Origin: Eledone cirrhosa
Taxonomy: Eukaryota
DNA: 64,000 nucleotides
Assembly (NCBI GenBank): GCA_964016885.1
Contig: OZ024742.1
Coordinates: 192,138,001-192,202,000, forward strand
Direction of reading: 5' to 3'
This document shows, in pieces, positions 57,484-64,000 of the stretch. The notes beneath the pieces are model-generated. The model made no database searches, was not told the origin of the DNA, and saw only the letters and a list, made by a program, of their open reading frames with translations. The first letter of the stretch is position 1. Each line of letters starts with the position of its first letter. A program made the position numbers and the translations under genes.

Positions 57484-58486
57484 TATTATAATATAATATA
57501 ATGTAATATACACAGGTTATGAAAGATACCGAAGTTATTTCAGCGACCTCCGGCCACAACCCACTCACTCAATGAAGCAATAAGCTTATGGTTGTGAAAC
57601 TGCATCATGAGGTTCAGAGTGCACACATTATAGTTATTCAGTGAGTACTGTGACAGTGTTGTGGAAAAGATACCTCACGTATCCATATTGTTTTATATAT
57701 TTACGTAATATGTTGTATCATATTATAGCAGATTAAGATTGGAGATGCAACAGCAGCTGCCGTTCATTTAATCCTGATAGGCAACTGCTGTTTATTTAGA
57801 TTTACATAGATTTTTCCTGTGACAATATCTTGCCAAGAAGTAATTGGCCGTTAATGTAGAATCAACATCTTGAGCTTCTGGATTTTCAAACAAACAACAA
57901 AGATGGAACGGAGGCAAAGGAGATAAACAAGAAGAAGTAGGACAATAACTAAAAATGTGGTAGAAAAATGGCATACTAAAGAAATGAATGAAAAGAAATG
58001 AATGAAAAGAAACGAAGAAAGTAAGCAAGCTAGCATAGAGATTAACAACAGGCGTAAAAGTACAAAATAACATACATAAGTACTCTCACACATACACATA
58101 CACACACACGCGCGCGCGCGCGCGTGCATATATATACAACAAATATTCCGAAGCTTTGATGATGACAAGCAATGAAGTGTTTTTTCTTTTATTTCTTTAG
58201 CGAGGAGAGTGGTTTAGGATCAGAGTGTTTCACTTATAACAGAAGGATGTCTGTCAATAGATCGAATCTCAGAGAAACCCTCCCACGGCTTTATATTGTT
58301 TATCACAGTTCTTTATATTATTTTTATTATTATTTCGTATTTTGCCAAAGGGGCTATTTTATTTTTACTTGTTTTTTTTTTATTGTTTTGTCTGTATTGT
58401 TCTTTCTTTTTTAAGTAACTGGCTTGCGTGAGCGTCTGTAAAAGAGAATTGATTTTTGCAGTCCATTACATGTTATATAGAAATCG

Positions 58487-58546
<60 letters not shown>

Positions 58547-58674
58547 CAATTGAAATGCGTGCCTTACATATATACAGACATTCATATACGTATGTACATA
58601 CACACCTCTATGTGTATATGCGCATATATATATATATGTTACATATATATATATACGTATATATATTTATATAA

Positions 58675-58756
<82 letters not shown>

Positions 58757-58841
58757 ATTTATATATATATATATATATATATTTATATAAATATATATAT
58801 GTATATATATATATATATATATTTATATAAATATATATATG

Positions 58842-58933
<92 letters not shown>

Positions 58934-59399
58934 CATATGTCGGGGCGAGAGTTACTGATTGTATGTTTATCTGAGAATGCATGCGTGTATATATGTGCGC
59001 GTTTGTGTGTGTGTGTGCGTGTGCGTGCGTGTGCGTGCGTGTGCGTGCGTGCGTAACGGGTTATCTGCAGTCACCATTCATGTTTTACGATGACGAAAGT
59101 TTAGAGTTGTCACGTGAACCACTGAGAGCAGCACCATATCAAGAGATACGGCAGAAAGGCTCTTAACCAATTGTTCTTCATTGCAGTTTCATCTCAGCTT
59201 AACCAGCCAGCCACCAAACCAACCCCAATGATACATAACATTCTAAACAACAACATACCTTTATATATATATATATATATATATATTATCTTTTATTTTA
59301 TTGTTGTCTATCACCCGCCCCACACGTTTACCAAAGTAAATTGGCCTCCTAGAGACCTAACTCCAACACTAGAGCACATCGACACTGAAAAGCAAAGTT

Positions 59400-60560
59400 C
59401 TGGTGTTGTTGTTGTTGTTGTTGTTGTTGTTGTAGTTGGTGGTCGTCGTCGTCGTGGTGATGGTGGTTGTGGTAGTTGCGATAGTGGTGGTTCTGTTGTT
59501 GTGTTGGTGGTGGTGGTGGTAGTAGTGTTGGTGGCGGTGGGGGTTGGTGGTGGTTGTAGTGGTGGTGGTGGTAATGGTGGTTGTGGTAGTTGCGATAGTG
59601 GTGGTTTTGTTGTTGTGTTGGTGATGGTGGTAGTGGTGGAGGTAGTGGTGGTGGTGGTGGTAGTTGCGATAGTGGCGGTTTTGTTGTTGTGTTGGTGATG
59701 GTGGTAGTGGAGGTGGTAGTGGGGAGGGTGGTAGTTGCGATAGTGGTGGTTTTGTTGTTGTGTTGGTGGTGGTGGTGGTGGTGGAGATGGTAGTGGGGAG
59801 GGTGGTAGTTGCGAAAGTGATGGGTTTGGGGTTGTGGTGCTGGTAGTGGTGGAGGGAAGAGGAAAAATGAAAGAGGAGGGACAGGAAATAATTAGACAGA
59901 AAATAAAAGAAAACCACTGCTGGTGGTGGTACTGGAGGTGTGTTAGCGGTGGTGGTGCTGGTGGTGATGCTGGTGGTACTGGAGGTGTGGTAGCGGTGGT
60001 GGTGCTGGAGGTAAGGTGTTGGTGGTGGGGAAGATGCAAACTCACCAACAATACATAACAACTCCATCCCACCCAACAACCCTCAAAACAACAACATACA
60101 TTTTAAAACATGCTTTTTTATCAGTGGCCCACCCTTCTCATGATGGTGGGGTTGGTGGTTATGGTGGTGGAGGTTGTGGTGGTGGTGGTGGTGGTGGTGA
60201 TGGTGGTGATGATGATTTTGGTGGTGGTGGTTATGATGGTAGTGGTGGTGGTGTTGGTGATGGAGGTAGTTGTGGTGGTGATGGGTAGTTGGTAATGGTG
60301 GTGGTGGTGGTGGTGTTTATGATGATTTTGGTGGTGGTGGTGCCGGTGTTGGTGATGGAGGTAGTTGTGGTGGTGATGGGTAGTTGGTAATGGTGGTGGT
60401 GGTGGTGGTGGTGGTGGTGTTTATGGTGATTTTGGTGGTTATGAGTGTGGTGGTAGTTGTGGTGATGGTGCTGGTGTTGGTGTTGGTGCTGGTGCTGGTG
60501 TTGGTGATGGAGGTAATTGTGGTGGTGGTGGTAAGGATGGAATGTGGTGGAGCGAAGTAA
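59400..60560. repeat. GGT-rich low-complexity region with imperfect tandem units
   Basis: Repeated GGTAGTTGCGATAGTGGTGGTTTTGTTGTTGTGTTGGTG blocks. Confidence 0.85.
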
Positions 60561-61162
60561 AGTATATCGGGGTGGTATTGCTGGTGGAGAATTATGGTAG
60601 AAAATGGGGTATATGGTGGTGAAGTTAGGGTGAGGTTGAATGAAGTGAGGCGTATGTTGGTGGTGGCTGTGTGGACAGGTGAAAAAGGATATAAGAGAAT
60701 CGAGCTATATGTTGTTAGTGATAGTGGTCGTGATGTTGAGAGCACCAGTAGGTGTTAATGATAATATACATTGGTGCTAAATATATTGTTTTCGTGATGA
60801 AATGGTTGAAAATAAAATTGTTTCGAATAATGAACTGTGTAAATTGAATAGGAGATTCCTTTTTATATCCAGAGAGAGAGTGTGTGTGTGTGTGTGAATG
60901 GATGAAAGGAGGTGAGAAAGATGGGATGTGAGAAAATGGAGGGCTGCTTTGGAGGAGATATTGTAAACATGTTTAGATGGCAGAGTTATGTAGTGGGGAG
61001 GGGTGAGGCGGAGGTTAATAGGGGTGATAGATGTAGGGATCAAAAATTGGAGGGTAGCAGAGGGAGAAATAGAGGGGAGGGGAGATACATAGTAGAAGAA
61101 TAGTGGGGGTGAAAAGAACATAATAGAAGAAGAAGAAGAAGAAGAAGAAGAAGAAGAAGAAG

Positions 61163-61193
<31 letters not shown>

Positions 61194-61499
61194 GCATATT
61201 CTATTAATGTATTTTCTATAAGAGAAATGAGCTGGGTTGAAAGAGGGTGAGAGACGAATGGTGGAGAGTGAAGGTGAAATGAAAGTAGAAATGTTGGTGT
61301 GTTGGAATTAAGGGGATATATGGCGGCTGAAGTATAAACAACAATATTTTATGTAACTTTAAAGAAGTGGAATGCTGTCTTTCGTTGTTTTTTGTTTTTT
61401 TACCATGAGAAAGTTCCCTGAGGCTTGTGTGGTTTATGCAACCATCATCTGTCGTGACTTATAACACGTGACCAGGTTTCACCACGGATCAACTGCCCC

Positions 61500-63045
61500 T
61501 ACTGAAAGACTGTCTCTCGTCAAAGTCTGCCTCTAATCAAATGTTACCATTAGTCAAAGACTGCTACTAGTTAAATGGTATCTCTATTCAAATGTTACCT
61601 CTAGTTAAATGTTACTTCTAGTCAAATGTTACTTCTTGTCAAAGATTGCTTCTAATCAAAGACTCCCTCTCGTCAAAGACTGCTTCTAGTCAAATATTGC
61701 TCGTAGGCAAATGTTACCTCTAGTCAAATGTTACCTCTAGTCAAATGTTACTTCTTGTCAAAGATTGCTTCTAATCAAAGACTCACTCTCGTCAAAGACT
61801 GCTTCTAGTCAAATATTGTTCGTAGGCAAATGTTACCTCTACTCAAATGTTACCTCTAGTCAAATGTTACTTCTTGTCAAAGAGTGCTTCTAATCAAAGA
61901 TAACCTATCGTCAAAGACTGCTTCTAGTCAAAGATTGCTCCTAGTCAAAGATTGCTCCTAGTCAAATGTTACCACTAGTCAAAGATTGCCTCTAGTCAAA
62001 TGTTACTTCTAGTCAAATGTTACTTCTTGTCAAAGATTGCTTCTAATCAAAGACTACCTCTGGTCAAAGACTGCTTCTAGTCAAAGATTGCTCCTAGTCA
62101 AAGATTGCCTCTAGTCAAATGTTACTTCTAGTCAAATGTTACTTCTTGTCAAAGATTGCTTCTAATTAAAGACTCCCTCTCGTCAAAGACTGCTTCTAGT
62201 CAAATATTGCTCGTAGGCAAATGTTACCTCTAGTCAAATGTTACCTCTAGTCAAATGTTACTTCTTGTCAAAGAGTGCTTCTAATCAAAGATAACCTATC
62301 GTCAAAGACTGCTTCTAGTCAAAGATTGCTCCTAGTCAAAGATTGCTCCTAGTCAAATGTTACCACTAGTCATAGATTGCCTCTAGTCAAATGTTACTTC
62401 TAGTCAAATGTTACTTCTTGTCAAAGATTGCTTCTTATCAAAGACTACCTCTGGTCAAAGACTGCTTCTAGTCAAAGATTGCTCCTAGTCAAAGATTGCT
62501 CCTAGTCAAATGTTACCACTAGTCAAAGATTGCCTCTAGTCAAATGTTACTTCTAGTCAAATGTTACTTCTTGTCAAAGATTGCTTCTAATCAAAGACTA
62601 CCTCTGGTCAAAGACTGCTTCTAGTCAAAGATTTCTCCTAGTCAAAGATTGCTCCTAGTCAAATGTTACCACTAGTCAAAGATTGCCTCTAGTCAAATGT
62701 TACTTCTAGTCAAATGTTACTTCTTGTCAAAGATTGCTTCTAATCAAAGACTACCTCTGGTCAAAGACTGCTTCTAGTCAAAGATTACTCCTAGTCAAAG
62801 ATTGCTCCTAGTCAAATGTTACCACTAGTCAAAGATTGCCTCTAGTTAAATGGTACTTCTAGTCAAATGTTACTTCTTGTCAAAATTGCTTGTAATCAAA
62901 GACTACCTCTGGTCAAAGACTGCTTCTAGTCAAAGATTGCTCCTAGTCAAATGTTACCACTAGTCAAAGTGTGTCATTAGTCAATGACTGCTCCAAGGAA
63001 AGACTGTTTCTAGTCAAATGTTATCTCTAGTGAAAGACAGTCTCT
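61500..63045. repeat. 17-bp satellite with higher-order repeats of 119 and 153 bp
   Basis: Monomers TAGTCAAATGTTACCTC and TAGTCAAAGATTGCTCC. The marker variant TTGTCAAA recurs at 61636, 61755, 61874, 62027, 62146, 62265, 62418, 62571, 62724 and 62877. Confidence 0.95.
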
Positions 63046-63139
63046 CGTGACCGGTTGTCTCATGTTAACGACTATCTCTTTTCAAAAGTTGCTTCTAATA
63101 AGAAGTCTAAACGAACTTCATCGTACTTTGACTCCATGA

Positions 63140-63348
63140 TCTAGAATCGATAGAGCATCACACAAAATGACTTATGGTTTTTAGCTACAGTTCTTTACTT
63201 TCTGGGTTCAAATTCTGTTGAGATCAACATAAATTTTCATCGTCCCAAGGTCGATTAATTAAAGTACCAGTTAAGCACTGGGGTTCGAAATAAGTAACTA
63301 TTTCCATCCCCCAAACTGCTGGCCATGTACCTAACTTTGAAACCATAA
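63140..63348 (+). mobile_element. Old diverged main-family SINE (long form)
   Basis: GGGTTCAAATTC B box, GGTCGATTAATTAAAGTACCAG..GCACTGGGG..CTGCTGGCC. Confidence 0.7.
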
Positions 63349-63444
63349 ATATAATCTGCCGTGTTAGATATGTGACATCTTTATCTTCCTACTATTTGAT
63401 ACAATACTCATTTAATTATTCATTGATTTCAATAATTACTCTAC

Positions 63445-63717
63445 CAGGGCCTCACTCTCACTCGATGCTACAGCTACAGACTCAAAGAGGCCCCGCAGCA
63501 AGCCTCGCACCAGATGGTGTAATGTCCTCAAGAAAGATCTCCAGAGGCTCGACATCGCCTTGCAGGATGCTGAGAGGCTGGGATGGGACCAACAGCGATG
63601 GAGGGCACTTGTGGATCTAGTCGGCTCTACGCACAATCATGCCACAATCATGCCTCTGGGATCACTGACCTAGTACGACCCGCAGACACATCGAACAAGA
63701 GCAAAAAGAAGAAGAAA
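63445..63717 (+). mobile_element. 3' fragment of an RTE-clade LINE
   Basis: Frame from 63461 reads LDATATDSKRPRSKPRTRWCNVLKKDLQRLDIALQDAERLGWDQQRWRALVDLVGSTH..stop 63671, matching the RTE C-terminal KRPRGRPRTRW..KDL..A.DR..WR pattern; short (GAA)n tail. Confidence 0.8.
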
Positions 63718-64000
63718 TATATTTATTTTAACGATCTGGATTGTAAATAAGCATGGACATAATAAATACACACAATTTGATCGTTAGAGTCTAGGTACGT
63801 AAGATTACAGAATACAGACAATGGCATAATATTCTCGTTATAGGTGGGTGGTTCATTTTGTTTGGTAAATTAACCAGAATAAAAACGGAACCTGCATTTG
63901 ATTTTTGTTTTACTGTTCTGGCAGAGGCTTGATTCATTCCTGAAGAGGCACCACTTGAGATTCTAAATAGCTTTGCATACCTAAAGATGCCTGAATTTGT

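Noticed and set aside
61500-63045. Possible CRISPR-like repeat-spacer array (constant core with variable part)
   Set aside because: The variable parts are about 9 bp, drawn from a few recurring variants in periodic order, which is satellite HOR structure.

Overview
This is eukaryotic, AT-rich, non-genic (intergenic or deep intronic) DNA dominated by (TA)n, (TG)n and (TATG)n microsatellites and dispersed repeats. The SINE families resemble those I recall from octopod cephalopod genomes; that is an inference from memory, not a search. I found no credible host protein-coding gene, tRNA/rRNA gene or CRISPR array, and almost all ORFs in the track are translations of simple repeats. Supported content: (1) about 12 copies of one tRNA-headed SINE, several with clear TSDs, plus older SINE families; (2) a cluster of RTE-like non-autonomous retroelements and an RTE LINE 3' fragment; (3) a decayed Penelope-like element (RT C-terminus plus GIY-YIG) with an inverted LTR piece; (4) a complete non-autonomous Helitron and a TA-flanked MITE; (5) a 22-bp minisatellite and a 17-bp satellite with 7-mer/9-mer higher-order structure. 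The most notable patterns are a high density of intact or decayed type I hammerhead ribozyme motifs in Penelope-LTR-like fragments (one pair shows a compensatory stem change), many long fold-back palindromes, some of which turn exactly at hammerhead hairpins, and a chimeric SINE insertion that copied neighbouring DNA between 23-bp TSDs.
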